From Bacteroidota bacterium (lineage in GTDB: Bacteria > Bacteroidota > Bacteroidia > Flavobacteriales > Flavobacteriaceae): DNA of 64,000 nt. Below the pieces are notes generated by a model that was not told the DNA's origin, did not search any database, and worked only from the letters and a program-made list of their open reading frames with translations. A program made the position numbers and the translations under genes. Below, piece after piece: positions 20,343 to 29,980 of this stretch; the first letter of the stretch is position 1, and every line of letters begins with the position of its first letter. The stretch spans positions 796 through 64,795 of the forward strand of contig JAYUFL010000135.1 in assembly GCA_043738745.1 (NCBI GenBank), written 5' to 3'.

Positions 20343-21531
20343 AACGCTAAAAATATATATTGTGCTTTTGGTTTTTCTGATTGTAGGAATAGTAGTTGTG
20401 GATTTAAACCGACCAAAACCAATAGATTGGAGACCAACGTATGTTATAAATGACAAAATTCCGTTAGGAATGTATGTTTTTAACGCCGAAATAAATACAA
20501 TTCTAAAGAACCAAAAAGTAGATAAAGTTACAGTTTCGCCTTATGAATATTTTGTAAAAAATTATAATAACGATACTTTAGTGAGCAATTATAGAATCAA
20601 AGGAACATTTTTGAACATTGCTCAATATTCGGATATCGACAAACAATCGGTCGAAGAAATTTTTAGTTTTGTAAGCCACGGAAATTCGGCTTTTATAAGT
20701 GCTAAACAATTTCCACAAGAACTTTTGGATAGTCTAAAAATCAAAATGTCGTCAGATCATAAATTTAAAGACAGTGTTTATAATTGGATGGCAAATCCCA
20801 AATTAGGAAAACAAAAATACAATCTTGCCGAAGATGTAAACGATGAATACTTTTCTAAAATCGACACGCTTAACACTACTGTTTTGGGCTATCAAAGTGG
20901 CGATAGCACTCGAGTTAATTTCATAAAAATAAATTACGAAACAGGTTCTATATTCTTGCATTCGCAACCAACAGCATTCACAAATTTTCATTTATTGAAA
21001 AAAAATCATTCGGATTATGCTGCAAAAGTTTTATCCTATATTCCAAAAGGAAACATATATTGGTACCTCAAAAATCAAAATGGAGAACTCATTTCGGACT
21101 CGCCAATGCGCTATATTTTGAGTCAACCTGCACTAAAATGGGCTTGGTGGATTTTTCTGATCGGAATGCTTATTTTTATGATTTTTAATGCAAAACGCAA
21201 ACAACGTATTATTCCGATTATAAAACCATTACAAAACACCACCGTGGATTTTACAAAAACTATTGGAAATTTATATTATCAGGAAGGTGACCATGATAAT
21301 ATTATCAACAAAAAAATAATTTATTTTTTAGAAAAAATCAGGAATCAATATTTGTTAGATACCAATAAACTCGACGATGATTTTATTAAAAAATCACATC
21401 AAAAATCAGGAAAAAACTTAATCGATATTCAAAAAGTAGTTTTTTTTATCAATAATTACAGAAAAAGCCCGCATACTAGTATCGAAGCCGATTTAATTGA
21501 AATCAATAATGCTATCGAAAAAGTAATTTAG
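20335..21531 (+). CDS. DUF4350 domain protein
   Basis: PIDWRPTY...DKIPLG, VSHGNSAFISA, FNAKRKQRIIP, FTKTIGNLY. Confidence 0.8.
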   Translation: MDRTLKIYIVLLVFLIVGIVVVDLNRPKPIDWRPTYVINDKIPLGMYVFNAEINTILKNQKVDKVTVSPYEYFVKNYNNDTLVSNYRIKGTFLNIAQYSDIDKQSVEEIFSFVSHGNSAFISAKQFPQELLDSLKIKMSSDHKFKDSVYNWMANPKLGKQKYNLAEDVNDEYFSKIDTLNTTVLGYQSGDSTRVNFIKINYETGSIFLHSQPTAFTNFHLLKKNHSDYAAKVLSYIPKGNIYWYLKNQNGELISDSPMRYILSQPALKWAWWIFLIGMLIFMIFNAKRKQRIIPIIKPLQNTTVDFTKTIGNLYYQEGDHDNIINKKIIYFLEKIRNQYLLDTNKLDDDFIKKSHQKSGKNLIDIQKVVFFINNYRKSPHTSIEADLIEINNAIEKVI

Positions 21532-21587
21532 AAGGATAAGGTTAGGGTTGAGTGAAAAATAAAGAAAATATCATAATAACAGAAAAA

Positions 21588-22595
21588 ATGGAAGACATAA
21601 ACAAAACAGAAATTCAAAACGAAAACTTAAGTTTCGAATCCAGAATAAACCTTGAGCCACTTTTGGAAAGTATTAACGCCATCAAAAAAGAACTCGGGAA
21701 AGTGATTGTAGGTCAATCTAAAATGATTGATCAATTGTTGGTTGCAATTTTGTCAAACGGCCATGTTTTGCTCGAAGGAGTTCCTGGAGTTGCCAAAACA
21801 ATTACTGCCAAATTATTAGCAAAAACACTAAATATTGGCTTTAGTCGAATTCAGTTTACGCCCGATTTGATGCCATCGGATATTTTGGGAACCTCAATTT
21901 ATGATTTAAAAAAATCGGAATTTGAGTTCAAAAAAGGTCCAATTTTTTCTAATCTGATTTTGATAGACGAAATTAATCGTGCGCCAGCAAAAACTCAAGC
22001 AGCCCTTTTTGAGGTTATGGAAGAACGCCAAATTACCATTGACGGAAATGCTTTTATTTTAGAAACTCCATTTTTAGTTATTGCAACTCAAAATCCTATT
22101 GAACAAGAAGGAACGTATCGTTTGCCAGAAGCGCAATTAGACCGATTTCTATTCAAAATTTCGATCGATTATCCTAAATTAGACGAAGAAATAAATATTA
22201 TTCAGCGCGAACATGCTTTGCAAAGTCATGGTAAATTAGAAAATATCAAAACAATACTTTCATCAGAAGAAATAAAAAAGTACCAATCGATTGTAAAACA
22301 AATAGTTGTAGAGCAAAATTTATTGGAATATATTGCTAAAATCGTTGTTAATACGCGCGAAAATGCTTTTTTATATTTAGGAGCATCGCCTCGTGCATCG
22401 ATTGCAATTCTAAATGCTGCTAAAGGTTTTGCAGCCATTCGAGGTCGCGATTTTGTAACTCCCGAAGACATAAAAGAAGCCGCAATACCTGTTTTGCAAC
22501 ATCGTGTTATTGTAACTCCAGAGCGCGAAATGGAAGGAATTTCTAGTACCGAAATTATTAAACAAATTCTAGATACAGTAGAAATTCCGAGGTAA
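21588..22595 (+). CDS. MoxR family AAA+ ATPase
   Basis: LLEGVPGVAKT, RIQFTPDLMPSD, DEINRAPAKTQ, GTYRLPEAQLDRF, GASPRA. Track start is GTG 21552; ATG 21588 preferred. Confidence 0.93.
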   Translation: MEDINKTEIQNENLSFESRINLEPLLESINAIKKELGKVIVGQSKMIDQLLVAILSNGHVLLEGVPGVAKTITAKLLAKTLNIGFSRIQFTPDLMPSDILGTSIYDLKKSEFEFKKGPIFSNLILIDEINRAPAKTQAALFEVMEERQITIDGNAFILETPFLVIATQNPIEQEGTYRLPEAQLDRFLFKISIDYPKLDEEINIIQREHALQSHGKLENIKTILSSEEIKKYQSIVKQIVVEQNLLEYIAKIVVNTRENAFLYLGASPRASIAILNAAKGFAAIRGRDFVTPEDIKEAAIPVLQHRVIVTPEREMEGISSTEIIKQILDTVEIPR

Positions 22596-22632
22596 ATTAA
22601 AGTTTAAAATTCTAGAACTTAACCTTAAAAAA

Positions 22633-23964
22633 ATGAAATTCATAAAAAATCTATACATTAACAACTTTTTTTTCTATGCACTTTTGGGCATCATAACTTT
22701 GTTTATTTGCGCTTTTATTTTTCCGTTTTTGTATAGTGCAGTTTGGTGTATAGTTTTGGTTTTATTAACTTTTTTGGGTTTAGATTTCTTGATTTTATTT
22801 AGTGCGAAAATCGGAATAGAAGCAACTCGAATTACACCCGAAAAACTATCCAATGGCGACGAAAATCCGATTAATGTTAGCATAAAAAACTATTATACGT
22901 TTCCTGTTATTGCCAAAATTATCGACGAAATTCCGTTTCAGTTTCAAATACGAAATTTTGAAATTAACCGAAAAATAAAAGCATCGTCTCAAGACGAAAT
23001 CAACTACAATCTTCGCCCGACCGAGCGTGGCGAGTATTCGTTTGGAAATTTAAATGTTTATATTTCTTCGCCATTGCGATTAATTTCCAGACGTTTCCAG
23101 TTTAATAAAAATCAAATTGTTCCTGTGTATCCATCATATATTCAATTGCGGAAGTATGATTTGATTGCCTTTTCGAATAATTTATTTCAATATGGAATAA
23201 AAAAAATTAGAAGAATTGGACATTCTATGGAATTTGAACAAATTAAGGAATATGTGGCTGGCGACGATATTAGAACGCTAAATTGGAAAGCAACCGCCAA
23301 AAAAAATGCTTTGATGGTCAATCAATTTCAGGACGAAAAATCGCAATCGGTGTATATGGTTATCGACAAAGGTCGTGTGATGAAAATGCCTTTTAATGGA
23401 TTGAGTTTGTTGGATTACGCTATTAATGCAACGTTGGTTTTGTCGAATGTAATTCTAAAAAAACAAGACAAAGCCGGAATGTTTGCATTTTCTAAAAAAA
23501 TAGAAAATAGAGTTTATGCCGAAAAAAGGTCGTCGCAAATGCAAAAAATTCTTGAAACATTGTACAATGTTAAAACCGATTTTTTCGAGAGTGATTATAG
23601 CCGTTTGTATGTTGATGTTAAGAAGAATATAACGCAACGAAGTCTGATTATTCTCTATACAAATTTCGAAACTTTGGACGGATTGCATCGTCAATTACCC
23701 TATTTAAAAGGAATTTCAAAAAATCATTTACTGGTAGTTGTATTTTTTAATAATACCGAATTAAACGATTTAATTAATAAAAAAGCCGATACTATTCAGG
23801 AAGTTTACGACAAGGTTATTGCCGAAAAATTTGCTTTCGAAAAGCGCTTGATTGTCAATGAACTCAAAAAATATGGAATTTATTCCGTTTTAACCCAACC
23901 CGAAAATCTGACTTTAGATACCATTAATAAATATTTAGAGATAAAAGCGAGAGGGATTTTATAA
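22633..23964 (+). CDS. DUF58 (vWA-like) protein, MoxR partner
   Basis: EFEQIKEYVAGDDIRTLNWKATAK and VIDKGRVM motifs. Confidence 0.88.
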   Translation: MKFIKNLYINNFFFYALLGIITLFICAFIFPFLYSAVWCIVLVLLTFLGLDFLILFSAKIGIEATRITPEKLSNGDENPINVSIKNYYTFPVIAKIIDEIPFQFQIRNFEINRKIKASSQDEINYNLRPTERGEYSFGNLNVYISSPLRLISRRFQFNKNQIVPVYPSYIQLRKYDLIAFSNNLFQYGIKKIRRIGHSMEFEQIKEYVAGDDIRTLNWKATAKKNALMVNQFQDEKSQSVYMVIDKGRVMKMPFNGLSLLDYAINATLVLSNVILKKQDKAGMFAFSKKIENRVYAEKRSSQMQKILETLYNVKTDFFESDYSRLYVDVKKNITQRSLIILYTNFETLDGLHRQLPYLKGISKNHLLVVVFFNNTELNDLINKKADTIQEVYDKVIAEKFAFEKRLIVNELKKYGIYSVLTQPENLTLDTINKYLEIKARGIL

Positions 23965-24003
23965 TTTTATAATTCGATTACAAATAACAAATAATACTTT
24001 CAT

Positions 24004-24795
24004 TTGAAACAAATCACTTCTATACAAAATCCATTGATCAAATCGTTGGTGTTATTGCAAGAAAAGGCAAAAGCACGCAAACAATCGGGTACATTTTTGA
24101 TTGAAGGAAAACGCGAAATCGAATTGTCACTAAAAGGAAATTACGAAATCGAAACCATTTTGTTTGTATCCGATTTAGTTTCAGAAAGTCAAATAATCGA
24201 TTTACTAAACAATCGGAAAATTGATTTAATCGAAATCTCCAAAGAAGTTTATCAAAAGTTAGCCTATCGTGACACTACCGAAGGAATTTTAGCAATTGCA
24301 AAATTAAAATCGCTGAAATTGTCCGATTTAAAATTATCTCAAAATCCATTAATTATAATAGCCGAATCACCTGAAAAACCAGGGAATATTGGTGCTTTGC
24401 TTCGCACAGCCGACGCTGCCAATCTCGATGCTGTGATTATTGCCAATCCAAAATCGGATTTATACAACCCCAATGTAGTGAGATCTAGTGTAGGTTGCTT
24501 GTTTACTCGACAAATCGCAACAGGAACAACATCTGAAATTATTGCATTTTTAAAATCAAAAAACATTAATTTTTATTGCGCAACATTGCAAAACTCAACT
24601 TCGTATGTTTCTCAAAACTATACGTTTCCAACGGCTTTGGTGGTTGGAACAGAAGCGACTGGTTTAACCGAAGAATGGCGAGAAAATGCAACACAAAACA
24701 TTATTATTCCGATGCAAGGCGAAATCGATTCTATGAATGTTTCGGTGGCTGCAGCAATTCTAATTTTCGAAGCAAAAAGACAACGAGGTTTTTAG
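24004..24795 (+). CDS. TrmH/SpoU family RNA methyltransferase
   Basis: EKPGNIGALLRTADAA, VGTEATGL, IPMQGEIDSMNVSVAA. Confidence 0.92.
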   Translation: MKQITSIQNPLIKSLVLLQEKAKARKQSGTFLIEGKREIELSLKGNYEIETILFVSDLVSESQIIDLLNNRKIDLIEISKEVYQKLAYRDTTEGILAIAKLKSLKLSDLKLSQNPLIIIAESPEKPGNIGALLRTADAANLDAVIIANPKSDLYNPNVVRSSVGCLFTRQIATGTTSEIIAFLKSKNINFYCATLQNSTSYVSQNYTFPTALVVGTEATGLTEEWRENATQNIIIPMQGEIDSMNVSVAAAILIFEAKRQRGF

Positions 24796-24847
24796 TTAAA
24801 TTTTTAATTAAATGAAATAAAAATTACCGTTTTCCGTTAATAAACGA

Positions 24848-24855
24848 TAACTTTG
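24848..24855 (+). promoter_or_regulatory. -7 element for the OB-fold/DUF5777/cytochrome c/YceI operon
   Basis: TAACTTTG, 33 bp upstream of ATG 24889. Confidence 0.55.
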
Positions 24856-24888
24856 AATAAAAAATTTAATCTATTAAACATAATATAA

Positions 24889-25281
24889 ATGGGTTCAAAA
24901 GAAAAGTTATCTATAGTTTTTTTAATTCTAATTGCAGTTATTGGATTTGTCGGTTATAACTATGTTTTACATGGTGGCGAAAGAAATTTAGCAACAGAAA
25001 AAGCAGATTTTACTATTTCGTCCAAAGAAATTTCGAATGAATTTTCGTCAAATATAGATCTTGCTAACAAAAAATATCTCGAAAAAGCTGTTGCTATTTC
25101 AGGAAAAATTACCGCAATTAATGATAAAGAAATCATACTCGACAATGTTATTATTTGCAATTTAAACCAAGTAAATTCCGCCGCAAAAATAAGTGAGAAT
25201 ACAGTTATAAAAGGTAGAATTGTAGGTTTTGACGATTTGATGGGCGAATTGAAATTAGATCAATGTGTTATAAATAAATAG
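24889..25281 (+). CDS. OB-fold protein (tRNA_anti-like) with N-terminal anchor
   Basis: N-terminal TM; ANKKYLEKAVAISGKI; IKGRIVGFDDLMGELKLDQC. Confidence 0.75.
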   Translation: MGSKEKLSIVFLILIAVIGFVGYNYVLHGGERNLATEKADFTISSKEISNEFSSNIDLANKKYLEKAVAISGKITAINDKEIILDNVIICNLNQVNSAAKISENTVIKGRIVGFDDLMGELKLDQCVINK

Positions 25282-25288
25282 AAATTAA

Positions 25289-26158
25289 ATGAAAATTAGA
25301 ACCAAATTAACTCTTTTATTTGTCTTTTGCTTTTTTGGACTCGTTTCCGCACAAGACGATTTGTTGAATCAATTAGATGTGAAATCTAGCCAAAAAGAAA
25401 TTGAAACCTCTGCATTTAAAGGATTACAAATTTGCAATATGCAATCGACAAAATTACCTGCAAAAGGGGAATGGTATATTTTGATTTCGCACCGGTTTGG
25501 TGATTTAACACAAGGATTAGATAATTTTTTCGGTTTAGATAATGCTTATACGAAAATTGGAGGAATTTATGGTTTTACAAACTGGCTTTCGGTTGGTTTT
25601 TCGAGACAAACGTATCAAAAAACATATGAATTAGCAGCAAAATATAAACTAGCCAACCAGCAAGTAGACGGATTTCCAGTCACAATTGTTGGATATAACA
25701 CTATGGATATTAGAAGCGATTTGAAAACGAGTTTATATCCAACTCTAAGTTTTAGTAATCGTTTAGCCTACACAACTCAATTATTGGTTTCCAGAAAATT
25801 TTCCGATAAATTATCTTTGGAAATAGCACCAATATTGGTTCATAAAAATTTATACGATGACTTACTAGACCAAAAAAATGTTGTTTTGCTAGGTTCTGGT
25901 GCACGATATAAATTGACAAAACGATTGAGCGTTAATTTAGAATATGCTGCACGATTGAATTTACCAGAAGGTTATACATCTATATATCACAACCCGCTTT
26001 CTTTGGGATTGGATATTGAAACTGGCGGTCATATTTTTCAGATGGTTTTTTCTAACAGCCAGCCGATGAACGATGTTGCTGTTTTTTCTAACGCTACCGG
26101 AAAATGGAATGGAGGGAGTCTTTATTTTGGGTTTAATATGTATCGTGTTTTTAATTAG
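25289..26158 (+). CDS. DUF5777 family outer-membrane beta-barrel protein
   Basis: ISHRFGDL...NFFGLD, NPLSLGLDIETGGHIFQMVFSNS, terminal FGFNMYRVF. Confidence 0.8.
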   Translation: MKIRTKLTLLFVFCFFGLVSAQDDLLNQLDVKSSQKEIETSAFKGLQICNMQSTKLPAKGEWYILISHRFGDLTQGLDNFFGLDNAYTKIGGIYGFTNWLSVGFSRQTYQKTYELAAKYKLANQQVDGFPVTIVGYNTMDIRSDLKTSLYPTLSFSNRLAYTTQLLVSRKFSDKLSLEIAPILVHKNLYDDLLDQKNVVLLGSGARYKLTKRLSVNLEYAARLNLPEGYTSIYHNPLSLGLDIETGGHIFQMVFSNSQPMNDVAVFSNATGKWNGGSLYFGFNMYRVFN

Positions 26159-26165
26159 AATAATT

Positions 26166-26522
26166 ATGAAAAAAGTAAACCAAATTTTAATTGGATTAGT
26201 AGGATTACTAATTGGATCCTGTACCTCAAATACAATTCAGGAAATTCAGCCACCAATTCCGGTTGGAACTTCTATAACATATACTACCTATATTAAACCC
26301 ATTTTCGATGCTAAATGTGTTGGTTGTCATGGAGGCGGAAGTCAATACCCGAATTTAGAAACTTTTACTCAGATAAAAGACGGTTGTGTAAACGGAAATG
26401 TATTTTGTAGAATACGATTAGACAACCTTTCGTGTGGTGGTGTTATGCCTCAATCTGGAAAAATGTCGCAACAGACAATCGATTTAATTAAATTGTGGAA
26501 AACACAAGGATATCTTAATTAG
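26166..26522 (+). CDS. Small c-type cytochrome lipoprotein
   Basis: Start MKKVNQ (ATG 26166), lipobox LIGSC, IKPIFDAKCVGCH haem motif, distal MP. Confidence 0.75.
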   Translation: MKKVNQILIGLVGLLIGSCTSNTIQEIQPPIPVGTSITYTTYIKPIFDAKCVGCHGGGSQYPNLETFTQIKDGCVNGNVFCRIRLDNLSCGGVMPQSGKMSQQTIDLIKLWKTQGYLN

Positions 26523-26534
26523 AAACTAAAAATA

Positions 26535-27080
26535 ATGAAAAAGATAGTACTAATAGCATTTAGTTTTTTGGTTATAAATTCAATGTTTTCTCAAAAAATG
26601 ATGACTCGCGCGGGCGAAATAAAATTCGAAGCCTCAATGCCTGCTTTAGAAGAAATTGCAGCAACAAACAACACAGTTTCCTGTATTTTTGACCAAACCA
26701 CAGGCGATTTTGTAGCATTAGCCCTCGTAAAAGCATTTAAGTTCAAATCTTCGTTAATGGAAGAACATTTTAACGAAAACTATATCGAATCTTCCAAATT
26801 TCCTAAATCGACTTTCAAAGGAAAGATTTTGAATTTCGACCCAGCAAAAATTTCTGTAACAAAAATAACTTATGATTTAGAAGGCGATCTGATGATGCAT
26901 GGCGTTACAAAAAGAATAAAAACAAAAATTAGTTTACAAGTAACCAATGGGAAAATAAATGCTACAAGTAATTTTTTGATTAAACCTCAAGATTATAAAA
27001 TAGAAATTCCAAGTTTAGTAAAAAATAAAATTGCCGAGAACGTAAAAGTTGTACTTAATTTTGTTTTGGAAGCAAAATAA
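26535..27080 (+). CDS. YceI family protein
   Basis: Signal peptide; FKFKSSLMEEHFNENYIESSKFPKSTFKG; GDLMMHGVTK. Confidence 0.88.
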   Translation: MKKIVLIAFSFLVINSMFSQKMMTRAGEIKFEASMPALEEIAATNNTVSCIFDQTTGDFVALALVKAFKFKSSLMEEHFNENYIESSKFPKSTFKGKILNFDPAKISVTKITYDLEGDLMMHGVTKRIKTKISLQVTNGKINATSNFLIKPQDYKIEIPSLVKNKIAENVKVVLNFVLEAK

Positions 27081-27196
27081 TTTTTTTGGATCTTTGCTAA
27101 ATTCGATAAAAATATGTTAAAAAAAACATAAAAATTCTTCCTAAAAAAAACCAACTCTTTATTTTTCATAGTTTTACGAAATCAAATCATACAATT

Positions 27197-29386
27197 ATGA
27201 AAAAAATTACTTTAGTTCTATTCTTTATATTTACATCCCATTTATTTTCGCAGTTAAATTTAAATATCTTTTCTTCAAATGATAATTGCGTTGGAGGAAA
27301 ACACATAAGTTATCAAATTAACGGAGGAACAAGTCCGTATATGTATCAAATATATTTAAATAATACTTTATTTAATACACCAGTAACGCTTCCTGTAAAT
27401 TCTTTAATTTTTTCAAATGATCTAAACGCAGGTAATTATAGAGTTGTTGTCACGGATGTAAATAGCTTATCGACTTATATAGATTTTGTTGTAGTTGCTC
27501 CTGATAATTTGGGTATAAATCTTACTTATTTTGATGGTGGTGCAACGCGTCAAGGAGTAACAATTGATGGAATTGGTGGAAAACCTCCTTACAATTATTA
27601 CAGTATCCATGATGAAACTAATAATGTATATGTTTCTACAGTACAGAATACTTTGTTATTACCTGGAAATTATACGGCAAGAATTGGCGATTCTAACGGA
27701 TGTTATTACACCACTCCACAATTTAAAATAAACAATATCATTAAAGTTGTTGGCGACGATTTTAGTGGTTTGCCTATAAACTCTAATCTTGGTGGGGTAA
27801 CAAAGTCAGTTTTTGCAAATGACACTTTTAATGGAGTTATGCCAAACCAATCTAATGTAATTTTATCTTCGAGTAATATTCCTGTAGGATTAACATTAAA
27901 TCGAAACGGTACAATTGGTGTGGCACCAGGAACTCCGCCTGCAACTTATGTATTTAATTACAACATTTGCGATGTTTTGTATCCAACGGTTTGTAAATCT
28001 ACAATTGTAAATGTTACCGTAGTTGACACAGGACTTGTGCTAAAATCGTTTTTGGACACTAATAATAATGGTATTAAGGACAACGGCGAACAAAGTTTTA
28101 ATGATGCTAAATTTAGAATCCTAAAAAATAGCACTATACAAACAGATGTTATTGCTCCCAATGGTGTTTATGTAATTAACGATCCAAATATTAACAATCA
28201 AAGTAATGTATATAATTTTGGTTTAATTCTAAATTATCCATACTACACTGCAAATCCTGGGAGTTATGTTTTTATTCAAGGCAATCCAAACGGAAATGCA
28301 ATAACATATAATTTTCCGGTAACTATTACTCAATTATTTAATGATTTATCAGTTTCAATACTACCGATTGCACAACCAAAACCTGGATTTACTTACAAAA
28401 ACGAAATTGTATATACTAACAATGGTAATCAAACCATTTCATTGGGGACTTTATCATTTACTAAAGATAATTTAGTTTCAATAATTTCGAATTCGCAATC
28501 GGGAGTAACATCAACACCAACTGGTTTTAGTTATGTTTTCACTAATTTGCAACCTTTCGAATCACGAAGTATAATTGTAACTATGCAAGTTCCAACAATT
28601 CCAACCATTGCTATTGGTGGACTTTTAACAAATTCAGCCTCCGTTTCTCCAATTATTGGAGATGTAAACCTATTAAACGACACTAGTATTTCGTCGCAAA
28701 TAATAGTTGGATCATTCGACCCAAATGATAAAATGGAATCGCACGGAAAAGAAATTCAACTATCATCATTTACATCAAATGACTATTTGAATTATACTAT
28801 TAGATTCGAAAACACAGGAACAGCCGATGCAAGTTTTATAAATGTTACCGATATTTTAGATGCAAAACTGGACGAAACTTCTATTAAAATGGTTAAAGCA
28901 AGTAATAGTTATACACTAACCCGAATAGAAAATAATTTAAATTGGAATTTCGATAACGTTCAATTACCTCCATCTGTTGCCAATACACAAATTGGTCACG
29001 GATATATATCTTTTCAAATAAAGCCAAAACTTGGATATAAATTGGGTGATATTATTCCGAATATTGCTAATATTTATTTCGATTTTAATCCTGTAATAGT
29101 TACTGAAACTTGCAATTCTAAATTTATTTCGACTTTGTCCAACAATGATTTTGTTTTCAATAAACTTAAATCTTATCCAAACCCAGCAAACGATATTTTC
29201 ACTATTGAAAACGAATCAGTGATAGATTCTGTAGTGATTTTTTCAGTTTTGGGGCAAAAAATGATAGACAAAAATGTAAACGGATTAACTACCGAAATAA
29301 GTTTAAAAGAACTCTCAAACGGAATTTATTTTATAAAAATTATGAGTTCAGGAATCGAAAAAGTTATAAAAATCATGAAAGACTAA
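27197..29386 (+). CDS. T9SS type A sorting domain protein (Ig-like/SprB-like, DUF11/DUF7619 modules)
   Basis: GGTSPY repeats, FLDTNNNGIKD, GSFDPNDK...YTIRFENTGTA...NIYFDFNP, CTD YPNPAND...GIYFIKI...KIMKD. Confidence 0.85.
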   Translation: MKKITLVLFFIFTSHLFSQLNLNIFSSNDNCVGGKHISYQINGGTSPYMYQIYLNNTLFNTPVTLPVNSLIFSNDLNAGNYRVVVTDVNSLSTYIDFVVVAPDNLGINLTYFDGGATRQGVTIDGIGGKPPYNYYSIHDETNNVYVSTVQNTLLLPGNYTARIGDSNGCYYTTPQFKINNIIKVVGDDFSGLPINSNLGGVTKSVFANDTFNGVMPNQSNVILSSSNIPVGLTLNRNGTIGVAPGTPPATYVFNYNICDVLYPTVCKSTIVNVTVVDTGLVLKSFLDTNNNGIKDNGEQSFNDAKFRILKNSTIQTDVIAPNGVYVINDPNINNQSNVYNFGLILNYPYYTANPGSYVFIQGNPNGNAITYNFPVTITQLFNDLSVSILPIAQPKPGFTYKNEIVYTNNGNQTISLGTLSFTKDNLVSIISNSQSGVTSTPTGFSYVFTNLQPFESRSIIVTMQVPTIPTIAIGGLLTNSASVSPIIGDVNLLNDTSISSQIIVGSFDPNDKMESHGKEIQLSSFTSNDYLNYTIRFENTGTADASFINVTDILDAKLDETSIKMVKASNSYTLTRIENNLNWNFDNVQLPPSVANTQIGHGYISFQIKPKLGYKLGDIIPNIANIYFDFNPVIVTETCNSKFISTLSNNDFVFNKLKSYPNPANDIFTIENESVIDSVVIFSVLGQKMIDKNVNGLTTEISLKELSNGIYFIKIMSSGIEKVIKIMKD

Positions 29387-29428
29387 ATGATACTAAATTA
29401 GTTTTAATTAATTATAAAAAAGGCTAAT

Positions 29429-29466
29429 AACGATAGGAGACTATAAATTTGTAATCTCCTATCGTT
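29429..29466. terminator. Hairpin between convergent genes, probable bidirectional terminator
   Basis: AACGATAGGAGA-N14-TCTCCTATCGTT; the stem contains the stop codon of the 29459 gene. Confidence 0.6.
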
Positions 29467-29947
29467 TCATTTTTTCAATTCTTTCTTTTTTTTCATCAAT
29501 TAGTTTTTTGTATTTTTCCTTTTGATCCTTGTTTAGAAATTCATTTATTTTACGATCAGTAGTTTCAGACAATGCTTTTAGTTCTTCGATTTTTTCATCT
29601 TGTCCTTCTTCTTTTTTTATAATCGCATCTTGTTTTTTTACGCTTGTTGACATTACATCCGAAATTGCATACATCTGGAGTTCGTCTAAAGTCAATTCGG
29701 TTTTAAATTTGTCCATCATTTTGTCAAATCGCTCTTTTTTCGATTTTTCGCTTTCGACTTCTGGTGGTCTTTGCGTATTTATTCCATGACTCATACTCCC
29801 GTTCACACCACCCATTCCTCGATTTGAACCATAGCCTTGACCTCCGTAGCCGTTTTGATTTGGATATCCGCCGTAGTTTTGTGCTGAAATAGAATTGATT
29901 GACAAAAACACAATCGATGTTAATATAATAATTTGAATTGGTTTCAT
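29459..29947 (-). CDS. Hypothetical exported protein
   Basis: Signal peptide, Gly/Tyr/Asn-rich segment, helical C-terminus (LTLDELQ...FLNKDQKEKY). Confidence 0.7.
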   Translation of the reverse strand: MKPIQIIILTSIVFLSINSISAQNYGGYPNQNGYGGQGYGSNRGMGGVNGSMSHGINTQRPPEVESEKSKKERFDKMMDKFKTELTLDELQMYAISDVMSTSVKKQDAIIKKEEGQDEKIEELKALSETTDRKINEFLNKDQKEKYKKLIDEKKERIEKMKR

Positions 29948-29980
29948 TTAGTATAATTTTAATGTAAATATATAAAATTT

